64,000 nucleotides of DNA, taken from positions 128,402,001-128,466,000 of the forward strand of contig OZ260661.1 of the NCBI GenBank assembly GCA_965285935.1, written 5' to 3'. Shown piece after piece: positions 14,270-26,624 of the stretch. The notes under the pieces are model-generated. The model was given only the letters and a program-made list of their open reading frames with translations, was not told the DNA's origin and ran no database searches. Each line of letters begins with the position of its first letter. The first letter of the stretch is position 1. This DNA is from Ophelia neglecta. Lineage: Eukaryota. The translations under genes were made by a program, and so were the position numbers.

Positions 14270-14430
14270 TGTTGAAAACCTTGTAGACGTTGTATTGCTT
14301 AGCCTTGTTAAACAGAACGATCCAATTGACAGTGTGCAGCGTTTCAGCAACCATTGATATTTCTCCTTGCTAGGATGGACACTTTTGCAATTTAACGCGT
14401 CTTGGGCTTCGAAAAATATGATAACTAACG
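14270..14430 (+). mobile_element. Degraded CR1/L2-group LINE fragment downstream of the RT domain
   Basis: Manual translation IDSVQRF...SLLGWTLL resembles IE.VQR.A...LGW..L..RR; contains a stop codon. Confidence 0.3.
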
Positions 14431-15229
14431 ATCAAGGACATCCAAATTAGACGAAGCTTAGTGAGTAAATGGTTTCATAGACCACCTTGGCCACCTGTTT
14501 AATTTTATGCCACGACATACCAATTTTGATCTCAAGTGTATAACAGTTGGATATATTCTTTGGTGGAGAGTTCTCAGTTTTCGAAACCATTGGCCTAGTT
14601 GGATAGCTAGTTGCACATCTCATATTTGTGTCTAATAGTCATTGTACGCTAAAGATATTTTACCTTAAGAAAAGATAAGGCGACAGAACCAATTTCATTA
14701 TAGTTTTTGTTGTGCATTAAAATAAATTCAAACATATCAAAGAAACAAGGTTTTGTTTAAATGATTGAGGCATTGATTGCTCGAGGAAAGGAGAAGCATA
14801 TTTGCCTTGCTTGGCCTGCATAGGCGCGAAGGCATAATGCTTTGGGTATTACAAGTTTTTGATGAATCGCAGTAACCCTCCCCTCCCACATCCTACCCAA
14901 TGAAGGATAAAGTTGAGATACTCATGGGGAAATAAAAAGCGCTGGGGCATGAAAGGCTGCCCTGATTTAATATAGCCATACAAATATCGAGAAAACTGAT
15001 GACCGGGAATGATAAAGTGTACAGGCAAAATAATCATTTATTGATGTTCTGTTCAGAACGTTGCTCTTATATATGTTTTATGTGGTTGTACCCATCAAAG
15101 TTACACATCAATTACGATTCATGTAATATGGTAACTAGCCAGAATGAATACTTGCCCTCATTTGTATCGCAAAGCGTAATCATGAAGGGTTAGCATCTAG
15201 CAATTAATAGTAGCGTTTGTAAATAACCA

Positions 15230-15520
15230 CTATGTATGCGCTGGTAATGTATTCCATATTGTATTGTTTGAATAATGAGAGGAACAAAACAATGTTGTGG
15301 CCTTCAACAAAAGATAAAAGAAAACAGGACTGGCAAGTAGCAGAGATATTAGCTCATGAACTTCGTCCAATTGGAAAACATGATATTCCGCTGTTGCAGT
15401 AATTATTTTCACATTAGGCCATTGCAACTCTCTTTTTGTTTTAAAACAGAAATACGTTAATTCGTAATACCATATATAGAAATATATACATACATGTGAA
15501 TAAAAAGGAAGAGCCAACAA
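15230..15520 (-). mobile_element. Degraded Crack/L2-like LINE ORF2 C-terminal fragment
   Basis: ORF 15230..15565 contains SHVCIYFYIW...KRELQ..VKIIT...YH (cf. PHL.YC..VW...KL..LQ.RA.RIIT..Y..H) and ends IWNTLP (cf. WN.LP). Confidence 0.45.
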
Positions 15521-17402
15521 TGTACTGGACAGTAGAAATTGAAACCTGCAAATAATATAAGTCATGAATGCTGTAATGAATTTCTGCGTATCTCGAACTC
15601 AAACGAATAAATTTCATATATTCATTTGTTGTTATGCGGATTTGCTATTTCCGATGTGAAATAACGGTCAAGAGCATGCATTAATCATAGGAATCGAATG
15701 ATACTGGTATAGGTTTTCGTGTATGCCGCGAGCATATCAGATCGAGAATCCGTAAAGGCGAATCAAGATTTGCAATTGTCCCTACTTTTTCCAACAAATC
15801 ATGTTAAGTATTTCCTGACCTGAACACTCTACCACTACTTATATATAGCGAGTGCCACTTCACAACACTAAGCCTTCCTGCTAAAGGATTATGCTATCCG
15901 TGAGCAGTTTTTTTTATCCGCTTATTGTGTTTGCTGACAAGATTAGTGTGGCACATTGAAACTGGAAGACATGTTATAGAAGCCTGATCATTTCTACTTT
16001 TCCAGAACCATAGACTTCTGTAATGACTTAGCGATAAAATGTGTTGCATTAAACATTAACACTGCATTCATTTAAGACAAGTGTGAGAATAACAACACAC
16101 TTAGATGTAGGCCCCTATGTAGTCTTGACGCACTTTTACATATAATTGTTCATCATAAAAAAAACCACCGTTTAAGTCATAGTGTCATTTGCCAGGGACT
16201 TCTTATTTCATAGCTAGGTGAGTCGTAGAAAAAGTCACGAACTTACTTATAAATATCGATTATATAGTTTACCTCTGTCATAATGAAAATAAACCTTGAT
16301 AACGCACATGTTGGTGAGATATAGTCAGTCCAGCACAGGAGATGACCGGATAATTCATTAGGAGATCACACGGGTGATATCTACAGGCGGTTAGATTTTT
16401 AAGGCAATAACTCAACCGCCAGACTGAACGAGGATATGTTGATAATTTAGTCTTTTCGAGGAATTCGTATTTGCATTGGTTAATGGGCGGGGATGGGGAG
16501 AGGGTACCGAAGCTTGAAGAGTTTAGGATTGGCTGTTATCACAGAGCGGAAAATGTTCGCAATTACTGGATGTATTTGTTGGATTATTCAAAAGCAATGA
16601 CAAGCCAACCTTTTCCCTTTCTCCCCACTTTGAAATAAAGTTATAGGCATAGCAGACTAACACTATAACTTACACCATACTGAGACTGCACAGATGGCTC
16701 ATATGTACGCCACACATAGTATCGTAACATAATATTGTGCTGTCCATTGGCACTAATGCATGTTAGGCTACAATTCAAGAGAATTGTCCATTGTTGGGAG
16801 GCTTTAATAGTAATTAATCATTAATTCTAATTAGGCTTAAAAAGTAATTCTCTATACAAGTGCCTTGTTGACTCGATGGGGACGAGCAGCTGGCAAGGAG
16901 CCGTAAACATCTTACTTAATGAGTCAGTATGCCGTATATACAGATCTTTACGCGCCTTGTCGAAAAGAATGATATTTATATTTCAGCAGAAAAAAAGAAT
17001 GTATTCTAGATGGGCAAGATACATAGAGGATCGAGAAATTGGTAGTTAGGTGTGTTTTTGATCATATACCGCTTTAGCTGAAACAGTGCGATTTCTCTTA
17101 AATTTACCAGAGTTTGCTTGTGGCATACCTGGGAGTTCTCACCGGAATATTTTTATTGCTAAAAGCCACGTCATCAGGAATCCCTAGGATCATACTTAAT
17201 TCCGCGTCACCTGTTTAGTGTTAACGCCGATCATAAATATGGAGTGACCTGCTAAACTGGGCAATATTAAATCTACACATTGCACGTATTATAGCTAAAA
17301 GCAAGTCACTGTTCTAACCAAGTAAATTTTAGGCTATAGTAAAAATTTAGTTTCATGGCCTTTTTCTCCGAGCTTTTTTAAGCAAACTAGTCATTGTTTC
17401 CT

Positions 17403-17560
17403 TTAGGGAATCGGGTCGATACTTAATCAAGTCGTGGGTCTGTTTGTGGATATATTCCAAGCGAAGGAAGCTCATCGTGTTCTGGGTCCATATGAAACAG
17501 GGCCTGGGGGAAGCAACCCGAGCGTGCTCTGGCTACACACACGACCACGCCATTCTCCTT
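17403..17560 (+). repeat. Dispersed repeat C, copy 1 (paired with 34324-34430)
   Basis: Two colinear blocks are shared with 34.3 kb: gggtcgata.ttaatcaag and cctgggggaag.aa.c.ga..g...t.g.ctaca.a.acgac. Confidence 0.65.
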
Positions 17561-17889
17561 TTTCCGAAAAAGAAGATATGTCTTTTAATTAATGAAACAC
17601 ACATAAGGCACCTTCCGTACTATATAATCCAATATGATTAATTGTTGGGCAGGATAGTCTGTGTGCAATTTAGGAAAGTATCCTTATTAATAATTGATAT
17701 CTCAATAATATTGTTTACTGACTGTATTGTAGCTCTTACACTGGGAATTAAAATGATTGAATCATTTGCCGGCCTTCCTATGGTTTGTTTTGCCATGAAC
17801 GGAACAAACTTTTTCAGTATCATATAATTTGTCATTTAGTTGTTTTAATTTTCCCGAAAAAGGCATTAAAATAGAATTTCGATAGAGGT

Positions 17890-18225
17890 TCAAGCAATAT
17901 ACAGGTTTTGTGCTGCTTTTGGTAAAAGGCAATCAAGGACGTTTGCGTTGAAATCATCAAACCCAAGGGTCTTGAATTTTCAAGGATTATTACCTTTCAG
18001 ACAAGAAGCGGAGCACGTGCATTGACCCTTGTTACAACATTGAAATGGAATAGTATTCGCAATGAGGTCCGAAGTTGAGAATGTGATTAACAAATCAACT
18101 TTGTGGTCGACAGAGGGGATGCTGCTATTTCAGCCTGTTCGGTTTTCTAGTGGTTGTTAAGCTGGTTTGTTTTCGTATGCGTAACGTACGTTGGCGTCAG
18201 AGAAATATAAAACATCTATTTTTAT
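17890..18225 (+). mobile_element. L2-type LINE 3' fragment
   Basis: Frameshifted RF.VLLLV.KAI, then QTRSGARAL....KWNSIRNEVRS (cf. T..G.RAF...P..WN.LP.E.RS), then a tail agaaatataaaacatctatttttat. Confidence 0.5.
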
Positions 18226-18530
18226 ACGTAGTTGGTCATTCAGGTCATTCCATTCATTGTGTGTCAGTCTCGAGAAAACCACTTTCTCCATAACAATTGA
18301 TAAATGGCTTAAGTTGGAGACACAGCGGTAGTTTTGCTATTGCTCAACATCCAGACTTCAATTCTTGAACAAAGGACGCACATTTTCTGTCTTGAATGAT
18401 GCTGGTTGAAAGGTTGAAAGCGGATCCAACTCACTCGATTTGTTTGGTGAAAGCGATCTAATTATTATTCTTGCTTCTTCCTTAGTAACTGAAGACCAGA
18501 ATCGTGAAAGGTTGACATATCTGAGCAATT
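18225..18530 (-). mobile_element. L2 LINE reverse transcriptase N-terminal fragment (pseudogenised)
   Basis: Minus-strand translation SVTKEEARIIIRSLSPNKSSELDPLST-FQPASFKTENVRPLFKN*SLDVEQ*QNYRCVSNLSHLSIVMEKVVFSRL matches the L2 motifs KSC.LDP.PT and NYRPVSNL.FLSK.LEKVV. Has two stops and an internal deletion. Confidence 0.85.
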
Positions 18531-18918
18531 TAATAGCTTGATGAGATTCAGTGCTTATTTTTCTTCATACAGAATATGTGATAACGGCAAAGTTAATGAA
18601 TGGTATGGTACTGATGAAGTCCCACTGCCTCATCAGTTTATATCACATATCTTATAAATAACAATCGATCCGTGCCTAACAATCAAACTCAATAATAGAA
18701 AATCTATTAATGGGGCCACATTCTTAAGAATATTAATATTATGAAAACATTTAAGAAACATAAAATGCCATAAGCAATTTAATATGTGTTGTGTTTGATA
18801 CTTTTCTAGTGTTTCATATTCAGTTTTTCAAAGCAATCCTAAGGAGAGATGAAAGCGATAATATTACCCTGTAGAAAAGAAAACATCTCACCACTATTTG
18901 GACGACACTGAGGGTTGA

Positions 18919-18985
18919 GTGACTGTAGCTGGCGGTTTCCTGATGACTTCAGAACTAGTCAAATGTTCTTGATCAATGAATATGC
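18919..18985 (+). repeat. Dispersed repeat A, copy 2
   Basis: Aligns with 2180-2250. Confidence 0.7.
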
Positions 18986-19340
18986 TGTGTCCTGGCTGGA
19001 CCAATATAGTCATTATACAGTAATAAGTCCTTGTTTTCGAGTGCTCTACTTGTTTCACTTTTTTACTGTTTGGTAGCTTGAAATTGGTTTGTTGAAGTGT
19101 GTGGTGCTAAAATAAGCAAGATGGGAGATGAATTTTAAATTATTGGGTATAAGTGTGTGTAGAACTTGTTGCATTATTTCATGTTGAACAATAAAGATAA
19201 GTGAACTACATCCGAATCCGTTTGGTTACAAGGTGGTCTGCAGGTAATTCATGTAATGTTTTCAAATCAGGAAGGATGACTTGTTAGTGTAAATAATGTT
19301 TTTACTTCAATGAGCATGACTTATAACCTAGCTTCTTGAT

Positions 19341-19579
19341 CCAGTTTCTGGAACGGGTCTTAAGTTTAAGTTATATATTAATTAGCCTACAACCGATTAC
19401 CTGTGATCGAGTTAATTTGTTGTCCCAGTCACCAGGATTAGTTTTAAGAGCAAAATAGCTAGGATTAAGACCAAATCCAGCTTCAAGTAGCCCGGATTAG
19501 CAAGCTGAGGCCGATAAAGGACTATAATCTTGATTATACTCCGAGTTAAGAGTTAAGACCGCTTTCAGAAACCAGGCCC
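19341..19579. mobile_element. MITE (Harbinger-like non-autonomous DNA transposon)
   Basis: Left ccagtttctggaacgggtcttaagtttaagtt versus reverse complement of the right end gggcctggtttctgaaagcggtcttaactcttaact: about 30 bp imperfect TIR, GGGCC terminus, non-coding interior. Confidence 0.65.
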
Positions 19580-20361
19580 TGATAGTAATGAAGACAATCA
19601 AGACATAAGCGAATTTTGGTATGACCTGGACATATTGCCTTCTTTACCGACATTGTCATTCTGACCATAGGACAAGATTATTCCTAGCACCTACACCAAG
19701 GTCCACCTCTCGAAAATCCTCTGACTGAAGGATGGAGGTTTTTTCATTCTATTCAATATATCTTTCTAATGTTCTGCATAATCATTTGCGATTATCTTCG
19801 GCAAAAGGACGGCTATTTTGGCGATTTTGTTTCTTTATAAATACTGTTTCGATGGCCACCTACTCTATCTGTAGGGGTTTAATACTTAAAACCACTCTCA
19901 GTGCAAGTGGGAATACCTTAGTATGCAAAGTTATTCATTTTTATCCTACGGGTTCATTGCAATCCTTGTTTGCTTATATGCATGATACATATATTACTTT
20001 GTTGTAGTAGTACCTTAATGTATGAAATATGGGTGGTCATAGCTTGACCATTTTGAAATAATGAGCGACCTTGGCAGGTGTATGTATCATTATCATGCAT
20101 GTATTCGTATTATGGCTTGCTGATTGGAAAAGAACGCTTTAGATGTTTTCATAAGAATTTCGGCAAAAATAATACGCTGCAATGTCTGGTGAACGGTCGT
20201 TCACACATGTTATATAAAGGCAAGTCATTTGCGTTTCCCATTCGATCGGAACGGGTTGAAAAAATGAAGCTTCTTTTCGCATGTTTGCCAGGCTTGGTAT
20301 GGAGCAAGGACGCCCTGACATGTAATTCATCTCCACATTAAAATGGCACCGAGTTCTTAAT

Positions 20362-21188
20362 GGCCCGGTCACATCGACTCGTATGAGGTTCCGAACGTTT
20401 GTCGAATAACATTCGTGACATTCGGTTTGGGTTTCAGCTGGTTCGTGGTGGTCTAAAAGTGTTTCGTGTGGACATTCGGTGAGGTCGAAAATTATTTTGA
20501 ACATTTCTGAAATATTTATTCTGGAGCTCTATAATGCGACGGATGACACCTTCGGGGGACTTCCAGCCGTATTCTGGGAAGAAGCGGTCTGTAAGGAATG
20601 GATATTGAGAGCTTTCTAGTCCAACTGCCTACCATTGTCAGTGTCATTTTAACATTATTGTAGATGACCGGATCAGGCTTTTTAGCGTTTCCTGGCCACT
20701 TCGGTTTCCGCCTGGCCCAACACCTCACGCTACTGCTGCCCAATCTCACCCTCCTCTCCCTCAATCTCCGGGATTGGCACCCTCATTTAATACCCTCAAT
20801 TCTCATTATGCATATTTTCAATCCAAATTGGTAGCGCCAGTTGGATATATCCCTCTATTTTAACCATTCGCGTGGACGTCGGTGTAGATTTTTGTCTTTC
20901 GAGTAGCATTCGGAAAGCGAACAGATAGAAAACTGGCAACTTGAGAAGCGTGCGGATAGAAAACTGGCTATACAAGAAACATTTGACCTTTTCGGAATGG
21001 TATGGAAATGCGTTTGGAGAGTGTTCGAAATAATCCAATATGACATTAAACAAGAAATGTTTCGAAAGGATTCGAAAAGGATGCTGGATTAATGCTATAA
21101 TAGCTCAATTTTGTTCGGCCTATTCGGAACATATGTAGAAAAGAATTGTTCTAGAAACGTACTTAACCTCATTTCGTTGGGACCGGTC
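20362..21188 (-). mobile_element. PIF/Harbinger-like DNA transposon relic (internally deleted)
   Basis: TIR pair ggcccggtcacatcgactcgtatgaggttccgaacgttt and (rc) gaccggtcccaacgaaatgaggttaagtacgttt. Subterminal regions are rich in cattcg/ttcgaa. Internal ORF 20516..20764 RRVR...VRCWARR...DPVIYNNVKMT resembles the Harbinger transposase N-terminal W..RR...DP..Y.NF.RM motif. Confidence 0.55.
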
Positions 21189-21289
21189 GATAACACAGCT
21201 GCAATCAAGTCGTCTGCTAACGCGTTGCGTCGCTGCTCAGTGGAAACTGTATCACAACAACCTTAATAACAGTATCTAAAAAAGAATGT

Positions 21290-21700
21290 CACCAACGTAT
21301 CACCAAGTTGTTGGATTCTCCTAAATCGCCATTCACAACCGATACATGGAACTTGGATAATCGGATAACATAGAAAGACACATGCAAATTCAACAGTGCA
21401 AGGGTATTGATGATTATTCTGAAAATACAGGGATAGATACCAGTCAGCCAATACAACTTCATTAATATGAACACCAGGTCATGAAAACCAATGCATGCTT
21501 TCAAATCTCTGTGCAACTTATCACACACCATTGCAAAACAGTAAGCCACTTAGTCCATTCTTGGGCTTCTTGGTTGTGTTGAACCTAGCCTATAAGCTTG
21601 CCTAAAGCATTTTCGTTGTCCTTTCCCTGTCTTAAGACGTTTTATTTCTCGGGTAATGTCATTCAAATTAGGTGGATACGCACCCGGAATTTTGCGTGTG
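21290..21700 (-). mobile_element. RTE-like LINE RT relic
   Basis: In order on the minus strand: PPNLNDITREIKRLKTGKG (cf. PPT.EEI..AIK.LK.GKA), QEWTKWLTV (cf. PEEWK.G.IV), FRIIIN, and FHVSVVNGDLGE (cf. C.V..NG.L.E). Frameshifted and deleted. Confidence 0.5.
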
Positions 21701-23204
21701 TCCGCTGTCTTAAGTCGTTTGGCCCTAAGAGAAATCCCTTTACGGTACACTTACCGTACCTTGTGCAAACCTTAACGAGGGACCCTGGGAAGAGGATTTT
21801 AATTATCTTGTTATAAGAAGATAAACTAAGTGAGTGTACAATGCCTTTATATCATTAAATATAGCCTGAAATAAAACCCGGTTGAAAGAGTCAGGCAAAT
21901 AATGGATACCTCTCTGGGATTGACTAAAGGCGAGCCCCGCGAGAAGTCCAATGTGATCTACACGAAGTGGTATTTATACTAACTCCCGGGTGCGTGTTTG
22001 TCGATGTCCAAACCAATCCGCCCGACCTCCAGGGAATTTAGCAGCACGTCAAAACACTTAGGCACACCCGCCGAGAAAGTCCTCTACACCATCACCATAA
22101 ACCTCTCCGTTAGCTCGCGACGCAATTGTGCTTGGGGGAACTGTGATTTTTTGCATACCAGCCTAAAATGCATAAAATTCGTCGTCTATATGAGAGTGTT
22201 TGCCAGTGGGACGCCAATGGCCCGAGATGTAGATTTTAGCTATCAAATTCCGAACCATATACAAATCCTGATATAATGGAACGGAAAGAGCAATTTCGGG
22301 AAATGCATCCCAAGTGCTACAATAACATGCCATAGGATTATGGAGACAGAAATAAATGTAAAGTTATAGTATATTAAATGCTTAAACGGAATTCCCATCG
22401 CATGCACTAAAGTGCAGAATAATCCACAGAGATGCAACTGTATACAGTCAAGCAATGTAAAGAGATACTCTTTGAAACCTCACCTTGGTGACTTGTATTT
22501 ACATGTACACTCATTGAGGGTGCGTTGTGGACGAATCTACAATATACGGTTTTGTAAGTATCACACCTAAGTGGTTGTTCAGCAGGTCAATTTTTAAAGA
22601 CCGCATATGAGAGTTTGTAAATTTGTATGACGATTATATTTAATATATAGCAATAACACTGAGTATGGACTTCGGTTTGTCAGTATTAATATATCTGCTG
22701 GGATATAAATACATGTAGGTCAAGCTAATACACTATACTCACTTAGTAAAATGTTATGATTGTGCAACAACTATCATATAACATGACAGCTTACCTAGAT
22801 TTGAAACCAAAAGCCACCAAACCTGTAGCCAATGGTCAGTTGCGATTTTCCTTCATGCTCTCTACTCTCCTCTAGGAAAAAAACACTCAATTCAATACTA
22901 GTGTATCAGATTAGTGGCAATCAGTCAGTTTGAACATAAAAGTATGAAATGAAAGTAAATAAAAAAGTAAATATTAAATTATTGGTCGAATAAACATCAA
23001 ATTGATAGAAGGGCTTAAGGCCAAAGGCTATTTTTTTCCAAAATATTACAAATAATAATCACATGACCGTGCAGCATAAGAAAATGAATAAATTCAAAGG
23101 GGACACTTAAACAAAGTGTGGTGGGTAACATTATTACCTATAAGTAATGTAAAAGCGGGAAAAAAAAAGAAAAAAAACGTGTGTTAGATTGCTGACATGC
23201 GGTC

Positions 23205-23290
23205 GATGCCCTGGAATGGTCTGCCTGTTGATCTACTAGATACATATATTAGTGCTGTTTCTTTGATGTCTTTACATCCCTCCATAAGGA
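23205..23290 (+). mobile_element. Tiny LINE C-terminal relic
   Basis: PWNGLPVDL followed downstream by AVSLMS resembles WN.LP.....A.SL.SF. Confidence 0.25.
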
Positions 23291-23789
23291 AGATTTGTGA
23301 AGCAGCAACACAACGACATATAAACATATAAATGATAAAAATAGCTTTACACAGGTAAACAACGAATGCAAATAATATAAAAGAAATACATATAGACAGC
23401 TAGATACTCAAGGTAATCAACAAGCTGGTAGCTTTTAAGTTTTAATACCATGTTTTGAGTTTTTTAATTTAGTGCTAGTTGTGTTTGTATTGAATTCATT
23501 TGTACGACCACGGCCTGACCTACACTGCCAGAACTCAACTGCGTGGTTCATTAGATGGCATTCAACGACAATGTATATAACATGTTAACCCACTTGTAGA
23601 TATAGATGCTGAATATAAAACGTAACATATATGGAGTGCACCGCAATACTTTAATTCCTCGTAGATAACAGTTTTGTCCACGTATGTAATGAGGTATTTT
23701 GTGAATCTATTTCTATTGCTATTCCTATGGAGACCAACTGCACTTTGGCTTCAGATTTACATCTATTCACTTATGAATATTATTTTATA

Positions 23790-24493
23790 ACTAGCTTGCT
23801 GACTGAAGGATGGGATATCATGTTTATAAAGTAATGTTTTACTTTGTTACATGTTTAATTACTCCTGGGGCTCTGGATATTGATTTGCCCATATGCGTAG
23901 TGCTGTGGCTGCTGCTGCTTCCTGTTGATTTGGGAATCCTGCTTTTTAAAGGCAGAAGATGCAAAGCCTCGCTGCCAGATGCCTTACTCATGCAAACTAG
24001 AGAGACCACAGTACACATGCACTGGCTCCCAGTAAATGACCGAATCCACTTCAAGCTTTCTTTGATAGAGTAAGTACTAGGCCCTGAATGGCCATGCTCC
24101 TGTGTACATCTCAGAGCTGCTGCAGAGTTACGAACTTGCCCTTGCTTTGCGGCCTGAATGAAGGGCATTGTTCGTTGTGGCAATAACAAGAATATAATAG
24201 CTAGAACTGGCGATAGGTCTTTTATATCCTTCGGTCCCAGTCTCAGTGCTAAGTTGGATCATTGTAGTTGCTCAAGCTACATTTCATCTATTCTTTCTTT
24301 TTCTTAAAACACTCCAGGCATTTGTTCATCGCTTTACGACTTATGATGGTGCATTTTTATTATACCTTAAATTTAGACAATCATTTTCTTTATATTCAAC
24401 GTGCTAAGGTATTTTGTTAATGTTAAGCGCATGCATTTGAAATCAGAATGCCGAGGATACTGAGAAATATAAAACTGTTGCTATTATTATTAT
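23790..24493 (+). mobile_element. L2 LINE 3' portion (ORF2 C-terminus, 3' UTR and tail)
   Basis: Successive frameshifted motifs VTCLIT..LD, QKMQSLAARCLTHAN*RDHST, HWLPVNDRIHFKL, ALNGHAPVYISELLQSY and GDRSFISFGP. Ends gttaagcgc...aaatataaaactgttgctattattattat, a typical L2 tail. Confidence 0.85.
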
Positions 24494-24660
24494 GGTACTT
24501 TTATTATTACCATATCACGAATAATATCATTATTTGCATCATGTCTGGCAACGGATGACAAAAGCCTACCAGAGCGGTTCGACCATTCACATTTAGAACA
24601 CGATATCGTTTGAACTATGAAAAGATCCCTTTGTAATTGAACCCAAATATATAAAATAGC

Positions 24661-24677
24661 ATATATATATATATATT
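24661..24677. repeat. (AT)n microsatellite
   Basis: atatatatatatatat seen directly. Confidence 0.9.
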
Positions 24678-26429
24678 TGTCCCTGCCTATATACCATATA
24701 GGATTCAGTCTACGTTCTTACATAACCATTGGGAAAAAGCAGAGAGATATGTGTACTGATACATGTGATTTACGAAATATATTATGTTTGTTTAAAGAAT
24801 CATCTATTATATCTCTTCAAAAATAGGAGCAAAATTATGTTCCCTTGGTAAATGCCATGAGTGTGAACGCGGCACAATACAAATCAATAGTCAATTCAAT
24901 CGGACCAAATACACCAGGAACGGTCAGTTGCATACCCACAAACATCAAATATAAAGTGGACGTGTTGAACTTTTATTGTGATAGTAAGATAATTTTGGTC
25001 TCGATAACGGTCACAACTTAGACACGCAAACATTGCTATTGATACCACACTTCACCTGAAGGTTCCCTTCATCTTAAAGGCAACCTTACTTGGAAGTAAA
25101 TACATCTGAATATGTCGAGAGAAGGTGCCTACAGTCAGTCGGTCATGCATTGTGTGCGTGCCCCCTATACTACGTACTTCTAGCTATCCATTCGGGTCAC
25201 TTTTAGCTTAGTTAACCATTTACCTTCATTTTCTATATAATAATAACAAATACTCATGACGTACAGCACGCAAACGTAGGTATTGTTACGGAGTCCACGG
25301 CATGGATTGGCTGGTAATTGAAACGGTTTCCTATCAAACGATCATCAATTTGTCTATCATTATTAATTTGATTGAATTTGTGAAAGCACCACTATGTACG
25401 AAGCACTTCCTGGTCTCACAACCACATAATTCAGAAATAAATCTAACTCACCATGCTACGATTTATCATGCCTCAATATCCTTTGCTGGGAAGCTTGTTT
25501 TTATAAGACAATCTATCTGATTGTACTTGGATACATTTGTCGACGTGCTGACGATAAAAACTATCAAAAATCTACTTCCTTCAATTTGTGGAATTCAGCA
25601 ATCAGCGGTTATTAATCAGATGTGATATTATCGCACGTCCACCTAATTTTTGTCCGCTGCATTCAATGTTGCAAGTGTATATATATTTCATATACCACTA
25701 CTATTCTGAATTCCAAGTTATCTGATTGTTCTGATGAAATGACGTGCTTCAGTCCGTACCTGTCTTCGAAAGAACATGTTCAGGAAAGCGTTTCAGGAAA
25801 ATATCTGTTCACCATCCACACCTGTCATGTATGCTCTGCACAATATCCAGGTGACGCTAATCAAAATGCATATAACTCAAATTCAAATTGAAACCTTATG
25901 TTATGATCTTCTTGAAGACGGTTAGTATAATATGCGATTATCACTACCTTTTCCTAACACCCGTTTTGTTACATGGACATGCTCTTGAAGTGTAGTTTGC
26001 CCGCTAGTGAATTGTACATTGAATGACATGACGCCAGGTTGGTGTCTCGATAAGAACTGGCTCGCATCACTATTGCGCTGAAAGGGGAATTGGTATTCTT
26101 TAGAAGCGACCGCGACCCTTGCGTGTGGCTGTGGCAAATGCGAGAGGCATAACAGTGACCGCGAGTCAAGTGAGTTTGCTTTGTTCCAAATCACTCAATG
26201 TTTCACAACATAAAACAGTATTTACGCTCGAGGTTAGAACTATTTATTGTTTAATTAGCAAGAATGTAGGCCGACTGAAGTCACCAACTGTTGCAGTGTT
26301 GGTAGACTTTCATACCAGCTGGCAATCCCTCATGTGCAGTGAGATACAAACATTCAACACTCTGTTTGAGCCTGTCTCATGAAATGCAGTCATTTGGTTA
26401 TGTTTTTGCTTGGTTTGTCCATATCTTAA

Positions 26430-26624
26430 AGTGGACGAGAATAGGGGTTCCGGGAAGCTAGTCTTGTACAAAACCGCCTTCTTCCTAGTCCTAGCTTTAA
26501 GTGAAAACGCTAGAAAGGAATATCTGAATTCTTTATGGTTATTTGAAAAATCGGCTTTGCTCATTTGAGGCATTTTGTTGCTTTCTGCTGTGATCTCATG
26601 CAAATAAATTCTGTGTTGAAGCAC
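26430..26624 (-). mobile_element. Possible CR1-group LINE C-terminal relic
   Basis: ORF 26310..26624: LQHR...SNNHK..Y...ARTRK..LYKTSFP resembles R..H......RT..YK.SFFP. Confidence 0.3.

Noticed and set aside
18866-18890. taccctgtaga, matching the start of miR-10
   Set aside because: Only 11 nt match; the remainder diverges and no precursor hairpin is evident.
23810-24189. 87-aa and 116-aa ORFs
   Set aside because: Both lie within the L2 relic (sense and antisense frames).
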